Shown: positions 1-8,440 of the stretch, in pieces | How the letters are laid out: every line of letters starts with the position of its first letter | Position numbering within the stretch: position 1 is the stretch's first letter | Source of the DNA: an uncultured virus (IMG/VR IMGVR_UViG_3300014689_000033) | Taxonomy: Monodnaviria; Loebvirae; Hofneiviricota; Faserviricetes; Tubulavirales; Inoviridae | Virus record (IMG/VR): IMGVR_UViG_3300014689_000033 | Span: 1-51,762 of that record | Strand: one strand, 5' to 3' | Length of the DNA stretch: 51,762 bases | Made by a program: the position numbers and the translations under genes | The notes under the pieces: generated by a model | Told to the model about the DNA's origin: nothing | Databases searched by the model: none | What the model saw: the letters and a program-made list of their open reading frames with translations, nothing else

Positions 1-702
1 ATGTGTGGACGCATAGCGCAGTATCGATACCCGGCTGATTACCTTGAAGCGCTCGGGCAGATGACGATCGATGGAGTAGATCCGACTCCGATCGGGCGGT
101 ACAACGTGCCGCCACAATCTCGGGTGCAGTTGCTGCACCGGGACCAAGATGGGTTGCGCATGGACGGCGTGCGCTGGGGATACGCCCCGTTCTGGGCGCA
201 GGGGAAACGGCCGCCGGCGATCAATGCCAGGGTCGAGACAGCAGCGACGAGCAAGTTCTTCCGCGACATATGGAAAACCGGCCGGGCTATCGTGCCCGCA
301 GACGGCTGGTTCGAATGGAAAAAGGACGAGGCTAAGCCGAAGCTCAAACAGCCCTATCTGATCAAGCTGGCCTCTGGCGAGCCGTGCTTCTTTGCTGCGA
401 TCGGGCAATTCCAGCGCGGCGGCATGGGTGAGCCGAGGGATGACGACGGGTTCGTGATCATCACAGCAAGCAGCGGCGCGGGCATGCTCGACATCCACGA
501 CCGCCGCCCGCTTGTACTGTCGCCGGAATGCGCAGCGCACTGGCTGGACCCGGAACTATCCCCCGAAGAGGCAGAGGAGATCGCGCTGGAGCACGGCCTT
601 GGCGTAGACGAGTTCACCTGGTACCCAGTGCCAGCGGCCGTAGGCAATGTGCGGAACGAAGGGGCACACCTCATCGAGCGAATCAGCGACCCGGTGCTAT
701 AG
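1..702 (+). CDS. SOS response-associated peptidase (SRAP/YedK family)
   Basis: N-terminal MCGR, INARVET, ADGWFEW and HDRRP motifs. Confidence 0.92.
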   Translation: MCGRIAQYRYPADYLEALGQMTIDGVDPTPIGRYNVPPQSRVQLLHRDQDGLRMDGVRWGYAPFWAQGKRPPAINARVETAATSKFFRDIWKTGRAIVPADGWFEWKKDEAKPKLKQPYLIKLASGEPCFFAAIGQFQRGGMGEPRDDDGFVIITASSGAGMLDIHDRRPLVLSPECAAHWLDPELSPEEAEEIALEHGLGVDEFTWYPVPAAVGNVRNEGAHLIERISDPVL

Positions 703-704
703 CC

Positions 705-1019
705 ATGTATGTATATGTTCGGATGATGCGCGATCATGGCCGCCCGATCGAACCGCGCAAGCGGCGAAGCACGCCTCCGATCTACGGGGATGTGCGCATC
801 GAGACCAGCCGAAGCGAGGACCTCGGGCGCCAGGCCGAAATCGCGCGGCTTGTGCAGAGCAACCCGCTGGAGTCAAGCGTGATACCGCACCTGCTGGACG
901 TAGCGCTCCATGGCATGAGTACCAATGGGTTCGTGCTGACTGGGTTCGAGATCATCGACGGCGTTGCCTACGCGCAGTCCTGGTGGTGCCTGGCCGAGGA
1001 TGGATCAGCGGGCACCTAG
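705..1019 (+). CDS. Hypothetical protein (104 aa, MYVYVRMMR...)
   Basis: ATG 2 nt after the SRAP stop, in the 528..1019 frame; protein-like composition. Confidence 0.7.
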   Translation: MYVYVRMMRDHGRPIEPRKRRSTPPIYGDVRIETSRSEDLGRQAEIARLVQSNPLESSVIPHLLDVALHGMSTNGFVLTGFEIIDGVAYAQSWWCLAEDGSAGT

Positions 1020-1547
1020 AATCTGACGGGCCCACTCCTGCAGATAGGCCAGCTTCGCCTGGTCATCGATCATTCCTCGGCGGATATCCCAAACAGTGCG
1101 TCCAGCTGCTGCACTGAGTTCGACGCTGGCTGCATCGCCCACGCTGCCGGAGCCGGTGGCGGCGGACACGATGGCGTCATTACGGGCGAGGGTGACTTCG
1201 ATCCGCAGGCGGCGACGCTCATCGTCAGCAGAGCTATACAGACGCTCGAGGCGATCGTTTTCGGTGAGTGCATGGGTCAGTTTCTCGGTTGATTGTTGGT
1301 CGGCCTTGGCCAGTCGCTGCTCGAGCGCGAGGCGCTCGGCCTGCTGCTTGAGGATCACCGCGGCATTGGCCTCGGCTACCTGTCGCAGGTACGCTTGGTG
1401 ATCCGCGGCCTGCCTGGCGACCGCCGCCTGCGCCTGCGCGGCGTCAAACTGCGCCGATAGCACCCGCAGTTGCTGCCCGCCGGCCACAACGGCCAGAGCC
1501 AGCACCCACCAGGCCCAGCCGGGCACGAACTTCAGCCAGGCGGTCAT
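1005..1547 (-). CDS. Rz: Rz-like inner-membrane spanin
   Basis: N-terminal TM helix, coiled-coil body, follows endolysin, contains embedded lipoprotein ORF. Confidence 0.85.
   Translation of the reverse strand: MTAWLKFVPGWAWWVLALAVVAGGQQLRVLSAQFDAAQAQAAVARQAADHQAYLRQVAEANAAVILKQQAERLALEQRLAKADQQSTEKLTHALTENDRLERLYSSADDERRRLRIEVTLARNDAIVSAATGSGSVGDAASVELSAAAGRTVWDIRRGMIDDQAKLAYLQEWARQILGAR
1070..1273 (-). CDS. Rz1: Rz1-like outer-membrane spanin embedded in Rz
   Basis: Signal peptide with lipobox (VAA-C), Pro-rich CPPPPAPAAW, nested out of frame in Rz. Confidence 0.85.
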   Translation of the reverse strand: MHSPKTIASSVCIALLTMSVAACGSKSPSPVMTPSCPPPPAPAAWAMQPASNSVQQLDALFGISAEE

Positions 1548-2023
1548 CGCATCGCCTCACGCACGGCTGCGGCGAATCGAGCCGGCCAGCGCTCCGGATG
1601 GGGTTTGCCAGGGCGCCATGTGCGCTCATACAGCGCCCAACCGCCAGCGGCGTCGTGCTCGCCTGGCAGCGGCTTCGGATCGGTCCAGAGCAAAAGCCGG
1701 CCGAAGGCAAACGCCAACACATCATCACGCTCGAGCGCTGCCCATACGGCGGCAGGCTCCGACGCAACGCCGCGCGCGGCACACACTCGGCGTGCATGGT
1801 CCCGGCTGGACGGGTGATTCAGTACGCCACGCACGCCACCGCCCTGTTCGAACTGCAGCAGCCCGCGGGCCGACCCGGTCGGCCACTGGCGGCGCCGTTG
1901 CTCCGGATCTTCCTGCTGCGTGATAGCCAGCAGCATGATCTCAGCCTCTCGGCTCGACATCCGTGCAGGCAGCAGCGCGAGAGCGGGCGCTATGGCTCGC
2001 TCCCGTATTTCAGAGAGGGTCAT
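1544..2023 (-). CDS. Putative endolysin
   Basis: Directly upstream of and overlapping Rz; QED...ARGLLQFE resembles a lysozyme-fold active site. Confidence 0.65.
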   Translation of the reverse strand: MTLSEIRERAIAPALALLPARMSSREAEIMLLAITQQEDPEQRRRQWPTGSARGLLQFEQGGGVRGVLNHPSSRDHARRVCAARGVASEPAAVWAALERDDVLAFAFGRLLLWTDPKPLPGEHDAAGGWALYERTWRPGKPHPERWPARFAAAVREAMR

Positions 2024-2039
2024 GGGTAATCCTTGAGCG

Positions 2040-2064
2040 AAAAAAAGCCCCGACTGGCGGGGCT
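2040..2064 (-). terminator. Intrinsic terminator between tail genes and endolysin
   Basis: AGCCCCG/CGGGGCT stem followed by a T-run on the minus strand. Confidence 0.8.
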
Positions 2065-2065
2065 G

Positions 2066-2494
2066 TTAGGCGGCGGCAGGACTGCCTATGTAGGCACACC
2101 ACTCGCCAAGCGTTCGCGGGCTCAGGCTGGCAGGCGCAGGCAATCCAAGCGCAGCGCCGCACCATTGGCTGCAGAATTGCGCGCCGGCCGTCTCGCGGTT
2201 GAGGTTAAATAGCTGGCTGCAGATGAGGCCGAGCCAGCCGTAGCGGTGATGGTCGGTTTCGTAAAAGTACGCCACGACCTGCGCCGTATCAGCCCATGGC
2301 AGCTCGAACACGTCCCATTTATCAGGATCCAGATCGATTGCCTTGCGGCGCACCCCACCATCCATGGCGCTAGACGAATAGCACAGGCCGTTGACGACCA
2401 GCTCGCAGTGACTGTACGGAGATTCCGTCCACCACTGGATGAATCGCGCCGTCAACCGCTCATCGTGCTTTCGCAACGCCAGACAGACGCTCAC
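2066..2494 (-). CDS. Permuted NlpC/P60 (papain-like) protein
   Basis: His-before-Cys order: SPYSHCEL ... YGWLG ... FCSQW. Confidence 0.6.
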   Translation of the reverse strand: MSVCLALRKHDERLTARFIQWWTESPYSHCELVVNGLCYSSSAMDGGVRRKAIDLDPDKWDVFELPWADTAQVVAYFYETDHHRYGWLGLICSQLFNLNRETAGAQFCSQWCGAALGLPAPASLSPRTLGEWCAYIGSPAAA

Positions 2495-2967
2495 GCAAGC
2501 GCATCCTGCAGGCCTGTCGCCGGCGTAGACATGATGGCTTCAGCGATCTGCTTCAGCTCAGCAAGCACCTCAGGCGTTAGCGCGTAATCCAGCACAGGAT
2601 CGCCGCCTGCCTTGATCTGATCATCATACCGCTGACGGCGGCCAGTGAGAAACGAACTCATCACCTTGAACTGCCGCGCCTTAATTAGCGTGCGGCGGAT
2701 GTACTCCTCGCGATCGATGCCGCGCTCCGCTGCCGCACGGTCAATCCACGGCGTTGCGGCGCCGACAGGATATGCCACCCACGCGGACGCCTCCTCGTTC
2801 TGCGTCGGCCAGGTGTCCTTTTCCAGCTGCGGGTAATCCGCCGTGAGCGCCCTTGTTGCGGCTTCGTAGGCGGCACTATTGGCAGTGATGCGGGCTTCGA
2901 GCGTGGCCGCAGCCGCCTCTGCTGCGCGCTGTTCGGCGGTGATCATTCCGCTCCAGTCGATGTTCAT
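2491..2967 (-). CDS. Tail fibre assembly-like protein
   Basis: MNIDWS start and YP..E..TW..Q..EA motif; downstream of fibre gene. Confidence 0.6.
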   Translation of the reverse strand: MNIDWSGMITAEQRAAEAAAATLEARITANSAAYEAATRALTADYPQLEKDTWPTQNEEASAWVAYPVGAATPWIDRAAAERGIDREEYIRRTLIKARQFKVMSSFLTGRRQRYDDQIKAGGDPVLDYALTPEVLAELKQIAEAIMSTPATGLQDALA

Positions 2968-3269
2968 GCGGACACCTCATCAGTTGGCAGCGGGATAGGG
3001 CCGTCCTCTGTCACGTGGATCGGCTCGGGGAAAGCCACGGCACGCGATGGGTTCGGGCCGTGCGGCAGGCGAAGGGTCAAATGCAGTTCGCCATTGAGAC
3101 GAGAGACGGGGCCGATAATCCAGCCTGATGTAATTTTATCGGCTGGCAGCGTGCCGCCTTCGGGCAGTTGAGAGAAATCAAAGCGCTCGCCATTAAGGGT
3201 CAGCGTGTCGCCAACGCGGGAGGCTGACAAGGCTTCGTCACGGCGGCTTGGGGATAGTATTAACCGCAT
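2964..3269 (-). CDS. Tail-fibre-associated hypothetical protein
   Basis: Coupled to fibre stop; LTLNGERFDFSQLPEGGTLP motif typical of Pseudomonas fibre operons. Confidence 0.7.
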   Translation of the reverse strand: MRLILSPSRRDEALSASRVGDTLTLNGERFDFSQLPEGGTLPADKITSGWIIGPVSRLNGELHLTLRLPHGPNPSRAVAFPEPIHVTEDGPIPLPTDEVSA

Positions 3270-4114
3270 CAGTACCACCTTCCTATACCAAAAACCCGAA
3301 CACTATTCGTTGACGTGGAGGTTGAGCGGAAAAACCAATTCGCCGGCTCTCCGTATAGGATGAACTGATAGTCAACTGTCGCGGAGGGGTATGGCCCCCC
3401 GCCTGCCGCTACTTCTCCAACGAATAATGCAGGCCAATCTCTAGTGAGCGATATATTCGCAGTGTAACCGCCTACATGAACGACCCTGCAAATCTGCGTC
3501 CCATCCGCAAACCGCACGTACCCCCCGTTGGCATTGCTGCCGCGCTCGATGATAGCGCCCGTGGGTACGCCGCCGGATTGGGAGACGGTGCCGAGGATGT
3601 TGCTGCGCTGGTAGAACTCAGGCCCTGGCGAGACTCCAGCCAAGTCTGCTTGCGTGGCGTAATGGCCCGGCAGCTGGCCGCCGAACCGCGTGGCGTCCGC
3701 CGCCGTCCCTCCCAGCGGCAGCGCATCCGCCACCTCGAACGCCGAAAGTACATGCACGAGCAGGACAGACCCGGCAACGATGCCGCTTCCGCTCGCCAGC
3801 ACGACGGTCGTGCCGTTCGTTGCGGTGTAGTGCGCCGGCGCAAGCGAAGCCCCGTCAAGAAACACGACCACGGCGCCGGGCGTGTAGCCGCCCGGGATCG
3901 TGAAAGATGTCTGGCCGGCTGATGTGGCGGTGACGGTGACCAGCGAGAAGAAGGAAGACGCAGCATCACCGCCGAGTTGCTTAATCGTGTTGTCGCTGTG
4001 TTTGGTGAACAGCTTGGCGTCAGCGGTATTGACCGCCAGCTCGCCAATTTCGAGGTCGGCCGCCAGAGGCACTTTGCCAGGGACGGTCGACTTCTTTGTG
4101 AGTACGCGCGCCAT
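3269..4114 (-). CDS. Tail fibre / receptor-binding protein
   Basis: N-terminal GELAVNTAD motif; C-terminal GAIIERGSNANG..VRFADGTQIC...IGRWY domain. Confidence 0.8.
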   Translation of the reverse strand: MARVLTKKSTVPGKVPLAADLEIGELAVNTADAKLFTKHSDNTIKQLGGDAASSFFSLVTVTATSAGQTSFTIPGGYTPGAVVVFLDGASLAPAHYTATNGTTVVLASGSGIVAGSVLLVHVLSAFEVADALPLGGTAADATRFGGQLPGHYATQADLAGVSPGPEFYQRSNILGTVSQSGGVPTGAIIERGSNANGGYVRFADGTQICRVVHVGGYTANISLTRDWPALFVGEVAAGGGPYPSATVDYQFILYGEPANWFFRSTSTSTNSVRVFGIGRWY

Positions 4115-4135
4115 ATTGATGGGCTCCGATGAGGA

Positions 4136-4594
4136 TTAGAACGTGCCGCCGTCGACCAACTCGACAGCCAGGGTGACGAAGCCATTGCTGGGGTCTTTGG
4201 TCATTGCCATTGAGGCGTTCATGCGAAGCACGCCGTCTGTGCCATCGGTTCCCCACAGGTAACCGGAAGTCCCGCCAGCCACTACGGCGACTTTTTCGTC
4301 AGAAGTCCCTTCTGGAATGTTCAGCGCTGTCTTGAATGCGTTGAAGGTGAGCTTCTTCTCCTTCTGCCCGGCCACCTCGCTGGCGTCGTGAATGATAAGA
4401 AGGTCTGTTGCGCCATCGATCGCTGCCAGAGTGGTGAGGTCGTCGATTGCCGGAACGACTGGCAGCTTCGTTGTGGCGTCGGTCGCGACGTGCAGAGTTC
4501 CGCGGTCAGTTGTGACCATCGGCTCGCCGGCCAGCATCCCGGAGGTGGGCAGGTTGGCCTTGATGCCGCGTTTCAGCTGAAGACGTGTTGCCAT
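4136..4594 (-). CDS. Fibre-associated structural protein
   Basis: N-terminal RLQLKRG...LAGEP (Mtd-N-like), C-terminal DGGTF. Confidence 0.6.
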   Translation of the reverse strand: MATRLQLKRGIKANLPTSGMLAGEPMVTTDRGTLHVATDATTKLPVVPAIDDLTTLAAIDGATDLLIIHDASEVAGQKEKKLTFNAFKTALNIPEGTSDEKVAVVAGGTSGYLWGTDGTDGVLRMNASMAMTKDPSNGFVTLAVELVDGGTF

Positions 4595-4606
4595 GAGTGT
4601 GATTCC

Positions 4607-4864
4607 TTAATTGAAGGTGCCGCCGTCGATGGTTTGCAGGTCGAGGTTGGCGCGCGCCTCGGCCTTAGCTTGTTCGGTCGTGAGTTCGGAGAACCGGTTG
4701 GCTACCTGGAAGAAGTCGCCCGTTGCGGAGTTGACGCCGGGCGGTCCCTGATCTCCCGCCATGACGACGACCGTCTCGGCGTCCGGCTCAAGGCCGACGG
4801 CGTATTCGACGCCGGGATCAATGACCAGTACCTCAGGGTCACCGCAGATTGCTACGGTGCTCAT
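4607..4864 (-). CDS. Small tail-associated protein
   Basis: Short GxY collagen-like stretch, ARANL, C-terminal DGGTFN. Confidence 0.6.
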   Translation of the reverse strand: MSTVAICGDPEVLVIDPGVEYAVGLEPDAETVVVMAGDQGPPGVNSATGDFFQVANRFSELTTEQAKAEARANLDLQTIDGGTFN

Positions 4865-5436
4865 ACGGTCACCTCACGGCTGACGCTGACGGCTCCTTGC
4901 AGGTAGCGCTGAACGGTGCCATCTGGGTATTGGACTTCAAGGTCATAGACGGCCTCGGTCCACGCCAGCGCGGCGGTTTGGGTGGCGCTCAGGGTGCGAG
5001 TGATCGTGCCCGGGCCGGAGATGGCCAGGCCGCCATTCTCCGTAGTCAGCTCGAGCAACACTGCGCCGCCGATTTGCTCGCGAATCTGCATGCGGGCGGT
5101 TGCGCCGGTCAGGTCTACCGGTGGCTTGTAGATCAGTTGGCCGCCGCTCGGATTGAGGCCAAACGCCGAAAGTGCGTTGATCTCCAGAGTGGATTCATCC
5201 ACAACCGTGACGCGGTGCGGTCGCTCGCGCATCGAGCGGTTCACGCCATGCATGCCGTTTACGCCATGGACCCAGGCCAGCCAGCTGCCCGGCAAGCCGT
5301 GGTCTACGGTGAGGCGCAATGGCGATCCCCCGAGCGCGGTGATCGGCCGGTATTCGTAGCGCGGCTGCATAAGGCGCAGGGTGTCGCGCAGGGTCGAGCC
5401 CTGCACGATGTGCAGATCGAGTTTTGCTGGCTGCAT
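4861..5436 (-). CDS. Tail-associated adaptor-like protein
   Basis: PVDLTGATARMQIR...VYDLEV motifs; in tail operon. Confidence 0.65.
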   Translation of the reverse strand: MQPAKLDLHIVQGSTLRDTLRLMQPRYEYRPITALGGSPLRLTVDHGLPGSWLAWVHGVNGMHGVNRSMRERPHRVTVVDESTLEINALSAFGLNPSGGQLIYKPPVDLTGATARMQIREQIGGAVLLELTTENGGLAISGPGTITRTLSATQTAALAWTEAVYDLEVQYPDGTVQRYLQGAVSVSREVTV

Positions 5437-5448
5437 GGTTGCTCCGGG

Positions 5449-5475
5449 CAAAAGAAAGCCCGCGCGTGGCGGGCT
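5449..5475 (-). terminator. Intrinsic terminator
   Basis: AGCCCGC/GCGGGCT stem then TTTCTTTT on the minus strand. Confidence 0.7.
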
Positions 5476-5508
5476 GTTGTGCTCATGTGTGCGCTACGTC
5501 AGCGCCTA

Positions 5509-6417
5509 CTAGTCGAAGTGGATTGGCTTGGCCGCCAGTTCGTAACGCAGCCAGTTTACTTCCTGCTCGACGCCGCCGAACGCAGACAAGTTGATCCATG
5601 CCCTTGTATCTGCAGGGATGACCAGGGAAACAACGCTGTTGTCTGTGCCTTCCTGCGTTGCAGTGATGCCCAGCCTATCCAGCCCTTCAGCGATGAGCGC
5701 AACCATGCCGCCTGCTACCCAGAACGACGCAGGATCTAGCTTTACCGTCCACGGGTGGTCGCTCCAATTGGAGAGCACGAGAGGGATCGGCGCATGTTCA
5801 AGCACGTCGTCAAGCTCTCCCTGAACCAGCGGAGGAAGGGCTATTGTCGTAACGAAGCCAGCGGTCTCTCCGGAGCCAACTCGCGCCGCGCATGCTTTGT
5901 CGGTTGGAGCCAATGTCAGCGTTGATGTTGGCGCAACGGTGGTTCCCCAATCGAACAGCGGCATTACAGTACGAGCCCAGCGAAGCACGGCAAGCCCTTC
6001 CGTATAAGCTCGCCATTCGCAGGCTATCCCACTCGTTGTTAGCTGTGTCAGGCGCTGGCCTATTACTTGCGGGGCAGTGGATGGGTTGCCGAAGAACGTG
6101 CGCTCCGGGTTGCTTGTGATCATCTCAACGATAGCCGCGCCAGCTCCGCCGCCCGACATAGCCTCTAGCGTTTCAGCCGTGATCGAGCAATAGATGACGC
6201 TGCCTTCTAGCCAGTCATTGTCGGTCGTGCCTTCTCGTGCGCGCGTCAGGGTTGCAACGCCAGCTGCAACGACTGCGTCGACAATCTCCCAGCTGGTTGC
6301 TGCTGTTGCAGAGTTGGCAAGCGTCAGTCGATATTCACCATCTGGTAGGTCGAGCGGGCACGACGTAGCGCCCTGCTCCAGGGTGATCTCCCGGAGCCAG
6401 TTGTTTACGTAGTTCAT
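5509..6417 (-). CDS. Tail protein, hypothetical
   Basis: 302 aa in tail operon; EIV...LTRAREGT fibre-anchor-like N-terminus. Confidence 0.65.
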   Translation of the reverse strand: MNYVNNWLREITLEQGATSCPLDLPDGEYRLTLANSATAATSWEIVDAVVAAGVATLTRAREGTTDNDWLEGSVIYCSITAETLEAMSGGGAGAAIVEMITSNPERTFFGNPSTAPQVIGQRLTQLTTSGIACEWRAYTEGLAVLRWARTVMPLFDWGTTVAPTSTLTLAPTDKACAARVGSGETAGFVTTIALPPLVQGELDDVLEHAPIPLVLSNWSDHPWTVKLDPASFWVAGGMVALIAEGLDRLGITATQEGTDNSVVSLVIPADTRAWINLSAFGGVEQEVNWLRYELAAKPIHFD

Positions 6418-6420
6418 TGA

Positions 6421-8001
6421 TTACACCCAGGTAAAGAAGCCGCCGCCGAGGCGCGCGCGCTCTGTTTGGCCGGTAACGGGGTTGTAGGCGCCGGCCGCAA
6501 AACCGGCGTGGTAGTCCCATAGCGCTTGGCTGAAATTTGAAGCGAACCGGTCATGACCGGGAATCAGATTTCCGGTTGCCGTGTCTCCAGCGTCGACTCC
6601 TGACGGAGTGATGGCCGGGCCTGCGACGTACTCAAACTGATCGTTGCCCCTGCAGCGCGCCATGGCTGAAATTACCTTGTTGCTGGATTGCATTCCGGCA
6701 AACCAGGTAAGTTCATAGCCATCGCTGCCATATGACGCAGCCGCTGCTTTGCGCGGCGCTCCGTCGTGGCGAGGGCCGACGGTGCCGCTCAACACCTCGC
6801 CATGAATGGATGGAGAGCCTGCAACCGGAGCGTTCGTCTCGACGGTGGAATAGGTCGTAGACGAAAATCGCAGCGAATACGTTGTGACGTTCGGGGTCTG
6901 GTCCTCCGTGAAGGCTGCGGTGAACCATGGCAGGAAGCTGCCATTTCCGATCTTGACCAGCGCGGTGTACTGGTAGTCACGCACGTACGGGCTCCACCAC
7001 TGCTCCATGTCGCCTCTCGAAACAGGTTCCTGAGCGCTGAGCGTCAGGCTTGTGGAGATGCGAATGGTGACAAGCTGCGGCGTTCCGTCCGCTGCGTACC
7101 AGCCTCCAATCACGCGATCCTTTGAAGCCGTAGCCGTCGACGTGCCGTGGCCATAATCGATCGCATACTTGTACGGGCCGTCTCCGGTGCTCGTGGTAAG
7201 CGGCTCATAGGGCGGGGTTGGCGGTTCACCCTCACCAGAATACTTGGACCAGCTACCCGCCGACCCGACAAGCCACAGCGTCGCCTGGCTCAACGGCCCG
7301 CCATCCTGGCCGCTTACGTTGGTTCCCACCATGCAGCTCGTATGCCCAGCGAGCACGTTTACCGTCATGGATGTGAAGTCAGCCGAGAATACGGCCTCGA
7401 CAATCGCGCCAATGCCCTCATCGGCATCCTGATCCACGCGAATCTGATAGGGATAGGAGGTGTAGCTCCGGGTGAATCTCATACCGAACATCCAGCGGCG
7501 CCCGTCTGGCGTTGCGTCCAGCAGGAACGCTTCGCCGTATTGGCTGGGCAGCTGTTGAAGCGGCGCAACCGGCGCCCGCACATCTAGGAAGCGCGGCCCG
7601 GCCTGCAGGCTTATCACCGAGCGAACCTCTACGCCTAGAGCGGTGCCAAGGTTCACGGCTGACATGGAGATGCTGGCCAGTTCGCTCCCGATCCGAACGC
7701 GACGATTGCCCAGGTTTAACCCCCAAGCGTTAAAGACGCTGCCGCTTCCTGTTCCGCTGGCGATGTACTTGTTCCACAGCCTTGCCTCTGGGTCGTCCGG
7801 CTGTATTGTTGGCTCTGGCAGGCCAAGGTCGACTAGATAGGTGTTCGTCGGAGTCGGGCCAGCAAACATGCTCGAGTAGATCTTGCGACCACTTGCCAAC
7901 TCGATATAGCGGGCGCCGGAGACGGGTGTGACGTAAAGCCCGTGCCACGGCATGCCGAATGTGACCAGCTCCTCGCCGGCTACAAAATCAGGAATTGACA
8001 T
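6421..8001 (-). CDS. Tail protein, hypothetical (beta-rich)
   Basis: Long ORF coupled to neighbours; start placed at MSIPDF. Confidence 0.65.
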   Translation of the reverse strand: MSIPDFVAGEELVTFGMPWHGLYVTPVSGARYIELASGRKIYSSMFAGPTPTNTYLVDLGLPEPTIQPDDPEARLWNKYIASGTGSGSVFNAWGLNLGNRRVRIGSELASISMSAVNLGTALGVEVRSVISLQAGPRFLDVRAPVAPLQQLPSQYGEAFLLDATPDGRRWMFGMRFTRSYTSYPYQIRVDQDADEGIGAIVEAVFSADFTSMTVNVLAGHTSCMVGTNVSGQDGGPLSQATLWLVGSAGSWSKYSGEGEPPTPPYEPLTTSTGDGPYKYAIDYGHGTSTATASKDRVIGGWYAADGTPQLVTIRISTSLTLSAQEPVSRGDMEQWWSPYVRDYQYTALVKIGNGSFLPWFTAAFTEDQTPNVTTYSLRFSSTTYSTVETNAPVAGSPSIHGEVLSGTVGPRHDGAPRKAAAASYGSDGYELTWFAGMQSSNKVISAMARCRGNDQFEYVAGPAITPSGVDAGDTATGNLIPGHDRFASNFSQALWDYHAGFAAGAYNPVTGQTERARLGGGFFTWV

Positions 8002-8440
8002 CCTGGAACTCCAGAACGACAGGCTCGCCGTTAGCATCGGTCATCGTGACCTTCTTGGCTGCGCGGACCTCGAAGAAAACCGCGCCGTCAGTAGAGGCAC
8101 GAAGGATCGAAGGATGAAACTCACGGGTTCCGGCCGTTTCGATCAGTGGGCTGGCGATCCCGCCGCCAGTTGCGCCACCGCTCGCAGGGCCGGAAGACGT
8201 GCCAGTCCCGCGCTGCGCTGGCAGTGCGCCGACCTGATCGACACGCGGCAGCGATCTGGCCTGCCGCTGCGGCGCAGTGAGAGACCGGATGTCTTCAGCC
8301 ACACTTTTGCCAGTGCGGCGCTCGATCATTGCCGCCCCGCCAGCACGCCGGCTCGCCTCCATCGCAGCACCACTTTCCCGCCGACTGGCTTCCATGGCCG
8401 CACCAGAGGCGCGGCGCCGTTCCTCATTGGTCATGGTCAT
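7988..8440 (-). CDS. Tail-region hypothetical protein with 11-aa repeats
   Basis: Overlaps both neighbours; about three GAAMEASRR units. Confidence 0.7.
   Translation of the reverse strand: MTMTNEERRRASGAAMEASRRESGAAMEASRRAGGAAMIERRTGKSVAEDIRSLTAPQRQARSLPRVDQVGALPAQRGTGTSSGPASGGATGGGIASPLIETAGTREFHPSILRASTDGAVFFEVRAAKKVTMTDANGEPVVLEFQDVNS

Noticed and set aside
3269..4594. Diversity-generating retroelement or invertible fibre cassette
   Set aside because: No reverse transcriptase, template repeat or invertase seen in the window
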